Shown here piece by piece: positions 1-10,066 of a stretch of 64,000 nt of DNA. The stretch's first letter is position 1. The number at the start of each line of letters is the position of its first letter. The stretch is from an uncultured Chloroflexia bacterium (lineage in GTDB: Bacteria; Chloroflexota; Anaerolineae; JAAYZQ01), in contig CAVOXA010000014.1 in NCBI GenBank assembly GCA_963700285.1, positions 96,001 to 160,000 of the forward strand, given 5' to 3'. The notes under the pieces are model-generated. The model was not told the DNA's origin. It made no database searches and was given only the letters and a program-made list of their open reading frames with translations. A program made the translations under genes and the position numbers.

Positions 1-1
1 C

Positions 2-532
2 ATCGATATCCTATTTGCCAACGCTGGCATCCTCGGCCCTGTAGATCTTGCGGATACCACTGCGCGCGACTGGGATCGAGTGCTCGCCGTCAACCTCCAG
101 GGTGTCATCCATGCCTGCCAGGCTGCGGCGCCGCCAATGATGGCCCGCCGACAGGGACGCATTCTGATCACATCCTCCGTAAACGCTGTGCGGGCTGGCG
201 CCCACGTCATCCCCTACCGGGTGAGCAAGGCTGCCCTGCTTATGTACACCCGCTGCCTGTCCCTTGCCGTGGCGCCCTATGGCATTACAGTGAACGCGCT
301 TTGCCCCAACGTCGTCCCGACGCCCATCCAGTTGAACTATGTCACTGAAAAGGTAGTTGAGCAAGGCATCTCCGCCGAAGACTATCTGTCGGACCGAGCC
401 AAGCGCATTCCCATGCAGCAGCTGACCCAGGTTGAGGACGTCATCGCCCTGGCCCGGTTTCTGGTGTCTGATGGCGCACGGCTGATCACAGGACAGGCCA
501 TTGGCCCCGATGGAGGGAGCATGGCGGAGTAG
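2..532 (+). CDS. Short-chain dehydrogenase/reductase (5'-truncated by window edge)
   Basis: Frame from nt 2 reads IDILFANAGI (NAG motif), then SS..., catalytic YRVSK (YxxxK), GITVNALCP and ITGQAIGPDGG. Confidence 0.9.
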   Translation: MDILFANAGILGPVDLADTTARDWDRVLAVNLQGVIHACQAAAPPMMARRQGRILITSSVNAVRAGAHVIPYRVSKAALLMYTRCLSLAVAPYGITVNALCPNVVPTPIQLNYVTEKVVEQGISAEDYLSDRAKRIPMQQLTQVEDVIALARFLVSDGARLITGQAIGPDGGSMAE

Positions 533-583
533 CTATGAGTGAATTGGGTTCCGAAATACTCAACAATCGATGGAAGAAGAACC

Positions 584-1708
584 GTGAAGAGCTGTAGCCA
601 CCGTGAGCGTGTCATCGCGGCTTTCAGCCATGAGGAACCGGACCGCATCCCGCTGGACCTGATGGGCAATGCCGGCGGGCTGGTGGATGCCACCTATTTC
701 CGCTTGCGCGACCACCTCGGCCTGTCGCCCATTCCCCCCATCCGCTCGGGCAGCACGGTCAACTACTACGACGAGCGCATCCTCGAGCACCTCGACATTG
801 ACTTTCGCCGCATCTTTCTCAATCGGAACCCGGGCGCCATCCAAGAGCACGACGATGGCACCTTTTGCGACGTGTGGGGCATGACCTACCAGAAGGCAGG
901 CTTGTTTGTCAACGTCAATAGCAATCCACTTAACCGCATAACGACCGTTGACGAGATCGAAGCCCATGCCTGGCCCACAGCCGAAGAAATGTTTAACACC
1001 GACGGCCTAGCCGAAGATGCGAGGCAGCGGTACAACGAGACGGACCATGCCCTCGTCGCCCGCAATCCACTGACCTACGGTTTTCTCGACCGCTCCTGCC
1101 AGCTCATGGAGATGTCCGAGTTTATGATGGCCATGCTCCTCTACCCCGACGTGGCCCAGGCGATGATCGACCGCATCCTGGCCATTTACAAGGACGTGTA
1201 CACCTTGTTCCTCGACGCCGTGGGACCCTATGTGCAGATGGTAGAAATCGGTGACGACCTGGGCACCCAGGACAGCCTGCTCATCTCACCCAAGATGTAC
1301 CGCAAGTTCATCAAGCCGGCCCAGCAGGAGTTGTACGACTTGATCCACGAAAAGGCACCGGGAGCCGCCCTCTTTCACCATACCGACGGCGCCATGTTCC
1401 GCCTGCTGCCGGACCTGATCGAGGCCGGGGTGAACGTCCTGAACCCGGTCCAGACCTCGGCGGCCGGCATGGAGGCCCGCGGTCTCAAGGAGGCATTCGG
1501 AAATCAACTAGTCTTCCACGGCGCCATCGAGCATTTTGAGGGTGACATCGATCTGGAAACCGTGGTTGCCGAGGTCAAGGACCGCATCGATGCCCTGGCG
1601 CCCGGCGGTGGTTATGTTCTGGCGCCCTGCAATCACATGATCGACGTGCGTCCGGAAGTGGTTTTGGCCATTTATGAAACCGCCCGCGAGCACGGGCGGT
1701 ACCGCTAG
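584..1708 (+). CDS. Uroporphyrinogen decarboxylase/MtaA-CmuA family protein (copy 1)
   Basis: RERVIAAFSHEEPDRIP N-terminus, GDDLGTQ, HTDG, LNPVQ, GGGYVLAPCNH; GTG start at 584 after a purine-rich RBS. Confidence 0.9.
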   Translation: MKSCSHRERVIAAFSHEEPDRIPLDLMGNAGGLVDATYFRLRDHLGLSPIPPIRSGSTVNYYDERILEHLDIDFRRIFLNRNPGAIQEHDDGTFCDVWGMTYQKAGLFVNVNSNPLNRITTVDEIEAHAWPTAEEMFNTDGLAEDARQRYNETDHALVARNPLTYGFLDRSCQLMEMSEFMMAMLLYPDVAQAMIDRILAIYKDVYTLFLDAVGPYVQMVEIGDDLGTQDSLLISPKMYRKFIKPAQQELYDLIHEKAPGAALFHHTDGAMFRLLPDLIEAGVNVLNPVQTSAAGMEARGLKEAFGNQLVFHGAIEHFEGDIDLETVVAEVKDRIDALAPGGGYVLAPCNHMIDVRPEVVLAIYETAREHGRYR

Positions 1709-1728
1709 CTATCAGCTCGGGAGAGACC

Positions 1729-2907
1729 ATGCCTACGTTCAGTCATCGAGAGCGAGTCATCGCCGCGCTCAACCACCAAGAGCCTGACCGGATACCGATC
1801 GATCTGATGGGCCACGCCACCATGCTCCTGGATGAAAGCTACCTGCAACTGCGTGATTACCTGGGCCTTTCGCCCATCCCGCCCATCCGCTCTGGCACCA
1901 GTGCCAACTATTACGACGAGCGTATTCTTGAACGCTTTGACATCGACTACAGGCGCCTATTCCTCAAGACCCGTCCCGAAGCGGCCATTGTGAACCACGC
2001 TGATGGCTCCTTCACCGATGTGTGGGGCATTCGCAGCCGAAAGGCGGGCCTGTACGTCAACGTCATCGAGTATCCCTTGACTGGGGCCACTACGGCGGCC
2101 GACCTCGGGACCTACGACTGGCCGGCACCGGAGCGCATGTTCTCAGCCGAGGGGCTGGCCGAAGAGGCGCAGCAGATGTATGAAGAGACAGACTATGCCC
2201 TGGTCGCCCGCAATCCCCTGAGTTTCGGCTTTCGCGAACGGGCCTGTATGTTGATGGAGATGTCGGATTTTATGGTCGCCCTGGCCCTCTACCCTGACAT
2301 GGCAGCGAGTATCATTGCCCACTTGCTCGAAATCTACAAGGGAGTCTATGGCATGTTCCTGGACGCCGTGGGCCCCTACGTCCACGTGGTAGAGGTAGGC
2401 GATGATCTGGGTTCCCAGGAAAGCTTGCTCATGTCGCCCAAGATGTGGCGAAAGTTCTTCAAGTCAGCCGAAAAACAGCTGTATGACCTAATCCACAAGA
2501 AAGCGCCCCAGGCAGCCCTGGTCCGTCACTCCGACGGCGCCTACTTTGCCCTGATCCCGGACCTCATCGAGATTGGCGTTGACGTACTGAACCCCATCCA
2601 GACATCGGCCACGGGCATGGGTGCTCAGCGTCTCAAGGATACCTTTGGCGACCAGCTGGCCTTTCACGGCGGCATGGAGTTCATTGAGGGCGACGTGGGC
2701 GTTGATGACGTCATCGCCGAAGTCAAGGAGCGGATTGACGTGCTGGCCCCTGGCGGCGGCTATATATTGGCCTCCTGCAATCACATGATCGATGTCAAAC
2801 CCGAGAATATCGTCGCCATGTTCGATATCGCGCGCGAGTACGGGCGATATGGATCTATAGCCGCCAGCAAGGACACGCGAACAGAAGTGGAGGGTGAGAA
2901 CGCATGA
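1729..2907 (+). CDS. URO-D/MtaA-CmuA family protein (copy 2)
   Basis: Same motifs; close paralog of copy 1 (LGLSPIPPIRSG, YYDERIL, ALVARNPL shared). Confidence 0.9.
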   Translation: MPTFSHRERVIAALNHQEPDRIPIDLMGHATMLLDESYLQLRDYLGLSPIPPIRSGTSANYYDERILERFDIDYRRLFLKTRPEAAIVNHADGSFTDVWGIRSRKAGLYVNVIEYPLTGATTAADLGTYDWPAPERMFSAEGLAEEAQQMYEETDYALVARNPLSFGFRERACMLMEMSDFMVALALYPDMAASIIAHLLEIYKGVYGMFLDAVGPYVHVVEVGDDLGSQESLLMSPKMWRKFFKSAEKQLYDLIHKKAPQAALVRHSDGAYFALIPDLIEIGVDVLNPIQTSATGMGAQRLKDTFGDQLAFHGGMEFIEGDVGVDDVIAEVKERIDVLAPGGGYILASCNHMIDVKPENIVAMFDIAREYGRYGSIAASKDTRTEVEGENA

Positions 2908-4427
2908 CAGGTACTACCACTGCCAAACCCAGAGTCGGCCTGGTGAGCTTTACCGACGGCCGCGACAGTTTTTTTGACCAGCCTCGCGAGGATTACTTGC
3001 GGGAGAAGCACCGCGAACTGATCGAGTTCCTGGAGGCGGAAGGCTGCGAAGTAGTCAACCCCATGGCCAGCCTCCGCAGAAACACCACCGATTGGTTCGG
3101 CGTGCGCCGCTACGACGAGGCTGCCTACTGCGCCCGCCACATGGTATCCGAAGGCGCAGAGTGCATGATCCTCTGCTCGCACTTCTGGACGCCGCCGATG
3201 CTCATGATTGACGTGGTGCGCGAGGCCAGTGTGCCCACCCTGCTGTACACAGTCGATGATCCCAACCTGCCGGGCACGGTCAGCATTAGCGCCTGCGGCG
3301 CCAGTCTGCTCGAGTCCGGCGTCAACCGCCACGCCGTGCAGCATGAGCGAATGAAGGGCAACCCAGCGCTGATGTTGCCCTGGATCCGCGGCACCTCCGC
3401 CGTAGCCAAAATGCGCAAAAGCGCGGTGATGCTGTGGGGCGGTTCCTACGCGTTGCATATGGAGCACCTGCAGGACGACATCCCAGCCCTGAAGCGATTC
3501 ATGATCCGCGACGTACTAAACGAGGGCGAATACGCCCTCATCCGCCGCGCCGAGAAGATCATGACCGAGCAACCAGAGCGCATCGACCATTTTCTACGGT
3601 GGCTCAAGGATAACGGCGCCCGGGTCGTTTATGATGATGTCAGCGCCACGCCGCACAACGTTCGTATCCAGGTCGGCTACTATTTGGGCGCCCGCGACCG
3701 TTTGCAGGAACTGGAGGGCGAGAGGATCGTGGGAGTGTCGGTACGCTGCCAACCGACACTCTCAGAAGAGTATGGCGTCGTAGGCTGCACCCTGCCCGCC
3801 TTTTTGCCCTTTGGCGCCGATGACTTGGGGCCAAAGCCCATTGTCCCCACCGTGTGCGAGGGCGACGTGAAAGGGCTGCTGACATCGGTCCTGCTCAGCC
3901 AGATCCGGCCTGACGTTGGCCCCATCTTTGGCGACCTGAAGTACGTGGGCGAGGACTTTTTCGCCATCTCGAACTGCGGTGCTGCCTCGGTCTGGTGGGC
4001 GGGCAAGAGCAACGACCCGGCCACTTCGCTGCCCGAGGTGACGGTACAGGCCAACGTTGATGGCTTTACGGGCGCCGCAGTCGGCTACCTGGGCAAGGGC
4101 GGCCCGGTGACGACGGCCCGCCTGTGCCGCGTCAAAGGTCACTACTTCCTGCATATGGCCCTGGGCGAGAGCGTGCCCCTGGAGGGCGATGTCAAGGATA
4201 AGGTCCTGGGCTTCTTCGGTGAGATGTGGCCCAACGTCATGGTTCGCCTGGGCAGCGATCCCGACCTGCTATTCCGCGTCGCAGCCTCCAACCACCCGGT
4301 GGCCACCGACGGCGATCTGTCGCAAGAGATCGCCTACGCCTGCCGCCAGCTGGACATCCCCATTGTGCGCCTCGACTCAAACGACTCGATGCGCGAGTAC
4401 CTGGATAAGGTGGGGCAGATTCGCTGA
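2904..4427 (+). CDS. L-fucose/L-arabinose isomerase-like protein
   Basis: RCQPTLSEEYG, CEGD, FGD, SNCGA, WP..SNH pattern typical of the FucI-like family; ATGA overlap with the upstream gene. Confidence 0.8.
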   Translation: MTGTTTAKPRVGLVSFTDGRDSFFDQPREDYLREKHRELIEFLEAEGCEVVNPMASLRRNTTDWFGVRRYDEAAYCARHMVSEGAECMILCSHFWTPPMLMIDVVREASVPTLLYTVDDPNLPGTVSISACGASLLESGVNRHAVQHERMKGNPALMLPWIRGTSAVAKMRKSAVMLWGGSYALHMEHLQDDIPALKRFMIRDVLNEGEYALIRRAEKIMTEQPERIDHFLRWLKDNGARVVYDDVSATPHNVRIQVGYYLGARDRLQELEGERIVGVSVRCQPTLSEEYGVVGCTLPAFLPFGADDLGPKPIVPTVCEGDVKGLLTSVLLSQIRPDVGPIFGDLKYVGEDFFAISNCGAASVWWAGKSNDPATSLPEVTVQANVDGFTGAAVGYLGKGGPVTTARLCRVKGHYFLHMALGESVPLEGDVKDKVLGFFGEMWPNVMVRLGSDPDLLFRVAASNHPVATDGDLSQEIAYACRQLDIPIVRLDSNDSMREYLDKVGQIR

Positions 4428-5497
4428 TGACAACCTACCGCAACCACGCGTGCCGTCTAGCGGAATACAGCCTCAATGGCCAGCGCCTGCTCTTTCTGGA
4501 GAACGAGCTACTTCGCATCGGCGTCCTGGTGGACAAGGGGGCTGACATTCTTCAGTTCCTTTTCAAGCCGTCCGACACCGAGTTCATGCTGCACATGCCA
4601 GATGGCATCCGCCCTCCGGCGGTACAAAACAGAGCGTCGGCCTGGGGCTCATTCCTGGACTACTATCCAGGCGGCTGGCAGGAGATCTTGCCCAACGGCG
4701 GGCCGGCCTGCACCTACAAGGGCATCGAGTTCGGTCTGCACGGCGAGATTTCGACGATCCCGTGGGAGCTGCATATCGACCAGGATGACCCGAAAGAGGT
4801 CCTGATCACTCTGACCGGCCGCCCTTTCCGCACACCCTTCCGCCTCGAGCGCCAGATGGCCCTGCGCCAGGGCGAGGCGATCCTGACCATGCGCGAAGAG
4901 CTGACCAACACGGGTGGCGAGGTGATGGACCTTATGTGGGGCCACCACCCTGCTTTCGGCGCCCCCTTCCTGGGGCCCGACTGTATCGTCGACCTGCCAA
5001 CTCCCAAGGGCAAGACTTTGACCCTGGAAACCGTGCCAGGGGCGGCGGGCACTCGCTTGGCCGGTGGCAGCCGCCAGCCCTGGCCCCTGGCCAGCGAAGG
5101 GGATGGTGCCCCCATCGACTTCAGCCGGCCCGATCCCTGCGGCATGGGGCACGAGGACCTAGGCTACGTGGTAGACTTGCCCCAGGGCTGGTACGCCATC
5201 ACCAACCAGTCCAGCCAGGTCGGCTTTGCGCTGACCTGGCCCGTGGACATCCTGCCCTACCTGTGGGTTTGGCGTCAGTTCAACGCCAGCCAGGGCTATC
5301 CCTGGTACGGACGAGCCTATACCATGGCCCTCGAACCGTGGACCAGCTACCCATCGGGTGGACTTCTGGAGGCCATCAGCAATGGCTCCGCGGCGAGGCT
5401 CGAGGCGGGCCAGACCCTTCGAGCGACCCTGCGCGCAATCGCCTATCAAGGTTTGGAGCGCGTGAGCCAGGTAACTCCAGAAGGGCTTGTGACATGA
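4427..5497 (+). CDS. Aldose 1-epimerase-like / DUF4432-type beta-sandwich protein
   Basis: GGWQEILPN, LHGE, WGHHPAFG, LEPW motifs. Confidence 0.75.
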   Translation: MTTYRNHACRLAEYSLNGQRLLFLENELLRIGVLVDKGADILQFLFKPSDTEFMLHMPDGIRPPAVQNRASAWGSFLDYYPGGWQEILPNGGPACTYKGIEFGLHGEISTIPWELHIDQDDPKEVLITLTGRPFRTPFRLERQMALRQGEAILTMREELTNTGGEVMDLMWGHHPAFGAPFLGPDCIVDLPTPKGKTLTLETVPGAAGTRLAGGSRQPWPLASEGDGAPIDFSRPDPCGMGHEDLGYVVDLPQGWYAITNQSSQVGFALTWPVDILPYLWVWRQFNASQGYPWYGRAYTMALEPWTSYPSGGLLEAISNGSAARLEAGQTLRATLRAIAYQGLERVSQVTPEGLVT

Positions 5498-7212
5498 CCT
5501 CGCGCTGGCAAGCCTACCGCCAAGCGGCCGATGCCATGCCTGAGCAGATGCTGGCCTGGCCCTACCATGGCGCTGGCCTGGAAAGATTAGGCGCCAACGG
5601 CCAGCCAGTACTTGAGCCAGTGCCGGCCTGCGGTCCAGAGGACCTGCTGGTTCGCGTCGACGCCCTGGGTCTGTGCAACTCGGACCTGAAAATGGTCCGC
5701 ATGGGCAGGGAGTATCCCCTATTCTTTGAACGCGACTTTGAACGGAACCCGGGGCGCTTGGGCCACGAGATGGCCGTCACGGTCGTAAAAGCTGGCGAGC
5801 GTTGGCGGGACATGTACCAGCGCGGCCAGCGGCTGGGCATGCAGCCCGATGTGTACCACGGCGGCAAGCGGCTGTGCCTGGGTGTGAACCTGTTGGGCGG
5901 AATGTCCCAGTATGTGACCCTCGGCCCCGAAGTGGTTGAAGGCGACCCCGAAAGCTATCTGTTTCCCGCGCCGCACGAGATGACTTATGTCGACTTGTCG
6001 TTACTGGAACCGTGGGCTTGTGTAGACGCGGCCTACCAACCCCTTCGTCGCCTGGAGCCGAAACCGGGCGGCGTGATGTGGATCAAGGGCCGTCCGGGCA
6101 GTGACCATGCTTTCACCATGAGCTGCCCTCTGACCTGCGCTCGCTTGGTGTTGAGCGACGTGCCCGAAAGCTTTGCGGCGTGGGCACGGACGCAGGCGGT
6201 CGAGATTTGGCAGCGCGACGGCGGCAGCGGCCGGGAGCTAGTCGAGGCTGCAACCGGTGGCGCCGGGTTTGACGACATCATTCTGCTCGATCCACACCAG
6301 GCGTCTATGGTCGAGGCAGCCGTGGAGGTGATGGTACCCTTTGGCTCCCTAAATCTCGTCACCAAACTGCCCCTGGACGGGCCGGTTCCGGTCGACATGG
6401 GTCGCCTGCACTATGAACACCTGGCCTTTGTCGGCTGCCCCGGTCCCGACATCGCACAGGCTTACGGAACCGCCCGCAACCGCTCGGAACTGCGCCCGGG
6501 CGGTGTCACCCTCATCGTAGGCGCCGGTGGCGCCATGGGCCGCATGCACCTTATCCGCACTTTGGAGATGGCAGAGGGGCCGCGGGCGGTCATTGTCACT
6601 AACCGAGGCACGTCCCGCCTGGCCAGCCTGGTCAGGGATTTCGGACCACTGGCCCAGGAGCGAGGCATCGAGCTGGTGGCCGTCAGTCCGACGTCCGAGC
6701 CGGGCCGCTTGGAACGGGAGATCGACCGTTTGAGCAGAGGCCGTGGCTGTGATGACGTCAATGTCATCGTGCCCAATGCCAGGGTCGTTGCCGAGGCGGT
6801 ACCCTACCTGGCTGACGACGGGCTGCTCATCGTCTTTGCCGGCGTCCGCGGTGGTCACAAAGTACCTCTGCCCCTGGATCGGATCGCCCTACATAGCGCC
6901 CAGTTCACCGGCACCAGCGGCTCGTCCATTGAGGACGCCAAGCGGGTGATGGAAAAAGCTCGGACGGGAGCGCTATCACCGTCTCGGGCCATGGCCGCCG
7001 TGGGTGGGCTGAAGGCCATTTCGAAGGGATTGCAGGCCATGATGGACGGGACCTACCCGGGCAAGATCGTCGTCTTTCCCAACCTCATCGACCTGCCCCT
7101 GCTGGGTTTGAGTGAACTGAAGACGGTACATCCTGAGGTCTATGCCCAATTGGGCCCTGGAAAAACATGGTCGGCGGCTGCCGAACAGGCCTTGTTTGAG
7201 GCATACCTATGA
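5494..7212 (+). CDS. Long zinc-binding (MDR) dehydrogenase, sorbose-1-phosphate reductase-like
   Basis: GLCNSD, GHE, LLEPWAC, GAGGAMG; true start ATG 5494 (ATGA overlap) inside ORF 4936..7212. Confidence 0.8.
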   Translation: MTSRWQAYRQAADAMPEQMLAWPYHGAGLERLGANGQPVLEPVPACGPEDLLVRVDALGLCNSDLKMVRMGREYPLFFERDFERNPGRLGHEMAVTVVKAGERWRDMYQRGQRLGMQPDVYHGGKRLCLGVNLLGGMSQYVTLGPEVVEGDPESYLFPAPHEMTYVDLSLLEPWACVDAAYQPLRRLEPKPGGVMWIKGRPGSDHAFTMSCPLTCARLVLSDVPESFAAWARTQAVEIWQRDGGSGRELVEAATGGAGFDDIILLDPHQASMVEAAVEVMVPFGSLNLVTKLPLDGPVPVDMGRLHYEHLAFVGCPGPDIAQAYGTARNRSELRPGGVTLIVGAGGAMGRMHLIRTLEMAEGPRAVIVTNRGTSRLASLVRDFGPLAQERGIELVAVSPTSEPGRLEREIDRLSRGRGCDDVNVIVPNARVVAEAVPYLADDGLLIVFAGVRGGHKVPLPLDRIALHSAQFTGTSGSSIEDAKRVMEKARTGALSPSRAMAAVGGLKAISKGLQAMMDGTYPGKIVVFPNLIDLPLLGLSELKTVHPEVYAQLGPGKTWSAAAEQALFEAYL

Positions 7213-8363
7213 CCACCTTGATGACGCCCAAAGAGCGGATGCTGGCCGCTCTCAACCGGACCGAGCCCGACCGTGTGCCAACAGTCATGTGGGGCAGCTA
7301 CTATACCTTTAACGATGACACCTATTTTCGCCTGCTGGACCATCTGGGCCTGGGTGAGCCTGTGCCACCGTTTCGCCGCCAGCTGCCGCGCAATTCGAAC
7401 TATCTCGACGATCGCGTTCTCGACCGCCTGGAGACCGATGCCCGCTACATCTGGTCGGGCCTGACCGACTTGGGCGGTGCGCGCATGGATGGCGACGGCC
7501 GGGACGCCTGGGGGGTGCAGTGGGCGCGCCAGGGTCCCCACCTGGTAAGCGTCGACTATCCCCTGGCTGGCGCGGGTATGGAGGAGATCGAAAACTACGG
7601 CTGGCCCGACCCGGAGCGGCATCTGGACTATGAGCTGATGGCCGGGCGGCTGGACTATTTGCGGCGGCACTGTCCCGACCATGCCATCGGCGCTCGGGCG
7701 GCCAACTCCTACGGGCCCTTTGAGCAAGCCGCCCAGTTGCGGGGCCGTGTGGACTTTTACATGGACATTGCCGCCGAACCCGAATTGGCCCGGCTGCTGG
7801 TGGACAAATGCGCCGATGTCATCGTTCGCGCTCAGGAGCTGTACCTGGACGTCGTCAGCCAGTACGTCGACTTTTTCGAGATTCCCGGCGACGACTATGG
7901 GGCAAACCAGAACCTCATCATCTCGCCGCGATCCTTCCGCGACCTGATCAAGCCGGCGCTGGCTCGCATTGTGGCCTCGGTCAAGGCCTACCGCGCTGAC
8001 CTGCCGGTGGTCTTTCACACCGACGGCGCCATCGCCAGCATCGTGCCCGACCTGGCCGAGATTGGCATAGACGTCCTGAACCCGCTGGAGCCGCTACCCG
8101 CCACCGATTGGCCGGCCATCAAGACCGACTACGCAGACCGGCTGTGCTTTATGGGCGGGGTGGATGTCACCAAGGCAATGATCGGCAGCGTAGAGGATGT
8201 ACGGTCCGAGGTGAAGCGTTGCATCGAGGTCTTTGGTTCCGGCGGCGGCTACATCTTGACCTCGGCCAACCATTTGCAGCCCGACGTGCCACCGGAGAAT
8301 ATCGTGGCCATGTTTGAGGCTGCTCGCGAGTACGGGCGCTACTATCCCTTTGGTGTGGAATAG
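7209..8363 (+). CDS. URO-D/MtaA-CmuA family protein (copy 3)
   Basis: KERMLAALNRTEPDRVP, GDDYG, HTDG, LNPLE, GGGYIL..NHLQPDVPPEN. Confidence 0.9.
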   Translation: MTTLMTPKERMLAALNRTEPDRVPTVMWGSYYTFNDDTYFRLLDHLGLGEPVPPFRRQLPRNSNYLDDRVLDRLETDARYIWSGLTDLGGARMDGDGRDAWGVQWARQGPHLVSVDYPLAGAGMEEIENYGWPDPERHLDYELMAGRLDYLRRHCPDHAIGARAANSYGPFEQAAQLRGRVDFYMDIAAEPELARLLVDKCADVIVRAQELYLDVVSQYVDFFEIPGDDYGANQNLIISPRSFRDLIKPALARIVASVKAYRADLPVVFHTDGAIASIVPDLAEIGIDVLNPLEPLPATDWPAIKTDYADRLCFMGGVDVTKAMIGSVEDVRSEVKRCIEVFGSGGGYILTSANHLQPDVPPENIVAMFEAAREYGRYYPFGVE

Positions 8364-8376
8364 GGGGGACACTGAC

Positions 8377-9924
8377 ATGGGTAAGGAGCATCTGATTGGC
8401 GTTGACCTGGGGACGAGTGTGGTCAAGACGACGCTGTTTGATCTAGACGGCAGGGCCCTGGCCGATGCCACCCGCGACACGACCCTTCACCAGCCGGGGC
8501 CTGGAATTGCCGAGCAGCGGGGCGATGATTTCTATGCTGCGGCGCTGGACACCATGCGCCAGGTAGTCAACAAAGCCGGCGTGGCGCCCGATGATGTAGC
8601 AGCCATCGCCTTCGATGGCCAAATGGGTGGGGCCATCGGCATCGACGAGCATTGGCAAGCGATCACACCCTGGTATGTTTCATCGTTGGATGTCCGCTAC
8701 CAGCCCTATTTGCAGCAGATGGTAGAGAGGGCAGGCAACCGGCTGGTCGAGCTAGCAGGCTCCATGCCGATCATGGGTCCGCGCATGCTGTGGTGGAAGC
8801 ACGAGCACCCTGACCTCTACAAGCGCATCCGCAAGGTACTGATCCTGGCCAACTATGTCGCTGGACGGTTGGCTGGCCTGGCGGTGGACGATGCCTTTGT
8901 CGATCCGTCCTACATACAGTGGATCGGCCTGAGCGACACCGCCCGGCACGCCTGGTCACCCGAGCTGCTGGACACCTTCGATCTGCCACTCGATAAGCTG
9001 CCGCGCATTGTGCCCGCCACCACCATAGTTGGCGGCCTGACGGCTGAGGCGGCGGAGGCCTGCGGCCTGGTGTCAGGTGTGCCCCTGGTGGCCGGTGCCG
9101 GAGATCAGGTGGCCAGTTGCCTGGGGGCTGGCCTGGTGGAAGCTGGCCAACTCATCGATGTAGCCGGCACCTTTTCGGTTCTGGCTACCTGCCTGGATCG
9201 CTATCTGGCTGATACCCGCTATGGCATGCTGCAGCCGCTGGCCAGCCCGCTGCCCGGCCTGTGGTACCCAATGATGTATATCGGCGGCGGCGGGCTGACC
9301 CATCGTTGGTACCGGGACGAGTTTGGCACCGCAGAAAAAGCCCTGGCAGAGGCCAGAGGATTCTCTGCCTACGAACTACTCGACGCCCAGGCTCAAGATC
9401 TGCCTGCAGGTTCAGAAGGACTGCTCTTTGTCCCTCACCTGGCAGGCCGCACCTGCCCCAATGATCCCAATGTGCGCGGTGCCTGGTTGGGCTTTACCTG
9501 GACCCATAAACCACCCCACTTCTACCGGGCAATCCTGGAGGCCATCGCCTACGACTATGCCGAGACGCTGGCCGTGGTGCGCGAGTACTATCCAGATGTG
9601 ACCTTCCAAGAAGTACGCGTCATCGGCGGAGGTGCTGGCAGCGACCTCTGGAGCCAGATCAAAGCCGACGTTTTGGGCCTGCCGTACGTGCGCCTACAGC
9701 GCGAGGATGTCGGGGCCTTGGGCTGCGCGGTCATGGCAGGCCACGCGGTGGGCATCTACCCCGACATGGCCGCCGCCGCAAGTCGCTTCGCACAGACAGT
9801 GGGCCGGGTGGAGCCCTGCCCTGAGCAGCACGACAAGTACCAGCCGTACGCAGCCGCCTATCGCGAGGCTTTTGACGAGCTGCGAGGCATGTACGAAAAA
9901 CTGGCCGTGCTCAGAGAGCAGTAG
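8377..9924 (+). CDS. FGGY-family carbohydrate kinase (xylulokinase-like)
   Basis: IGVDLGTS, GAGDQ, PHLAGR, GGGAGSDLWSQIKADVLG; ATG 8377 after GGGGGA. Confidence 0.9.
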   Translation: MGKEHLIGVDLGTSVVKTTLFDLDGRALADATRDTTLHQPGPGIAEQRGDDFYAAALDTMRQVVNKAGVAPDDVAAIAFDGQMGGAIGIDEHWQAITPWYVSSLDVRYQPYLQQMVERAGNRLVELAGSMPIMGPRMLWWKHEHPDLYKRIRKVLILANYVAGRLAGLAVDDAFVDPSYIQWIGLSDTARHAWSPELLDTFDLPLDKLPRIVPATTIVGGLTAEAAEACGLVSGVPLVAGAGDQVASCLGAGLVEAGQLIDVAGTFSVLATCLDRYLADTRYGMLQPLASPLPGLWYPMMYIGGGGLTHRWYRDEFGTAEKALAEARGFSAYELLDAQAQDLPAGSEGLLFVPHLAGRTCPNDPNVRGAWLGFTWTHKPPHFYRAILEAIAYDYAETLAVVREYYPDVTFQEVRVIGGGAGSDLWSQIKADVLGLPYVRLQREDVGALGCAVMAGHAVGIYPDMAAAASRFAQTVGRVEPCPEQHDKYQPYAAAYREAFDELRGMYEKLAVLREQ

Positions 9925-10066
9925 CAGCCTCCCGGCCCAAACTTGGCGCCAGGAAGCACTCGGAAAGGAGGAAGATGCTGACTAACAGACCGCAACGACT
10001 CTAAGCCGGCACCATTTTCAGACGAGCAGATAATCCGCAAGAAATAAAGAAGGAGGAAAGAAAAAG

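Noticed and set aside
4936-5493. N-terminal extension of the 758-aa ORF
   Set aside because: Overlaps the epimerase gene in another frame with low-complexity Arg/Pro/Gly content; real start is ATG 5494
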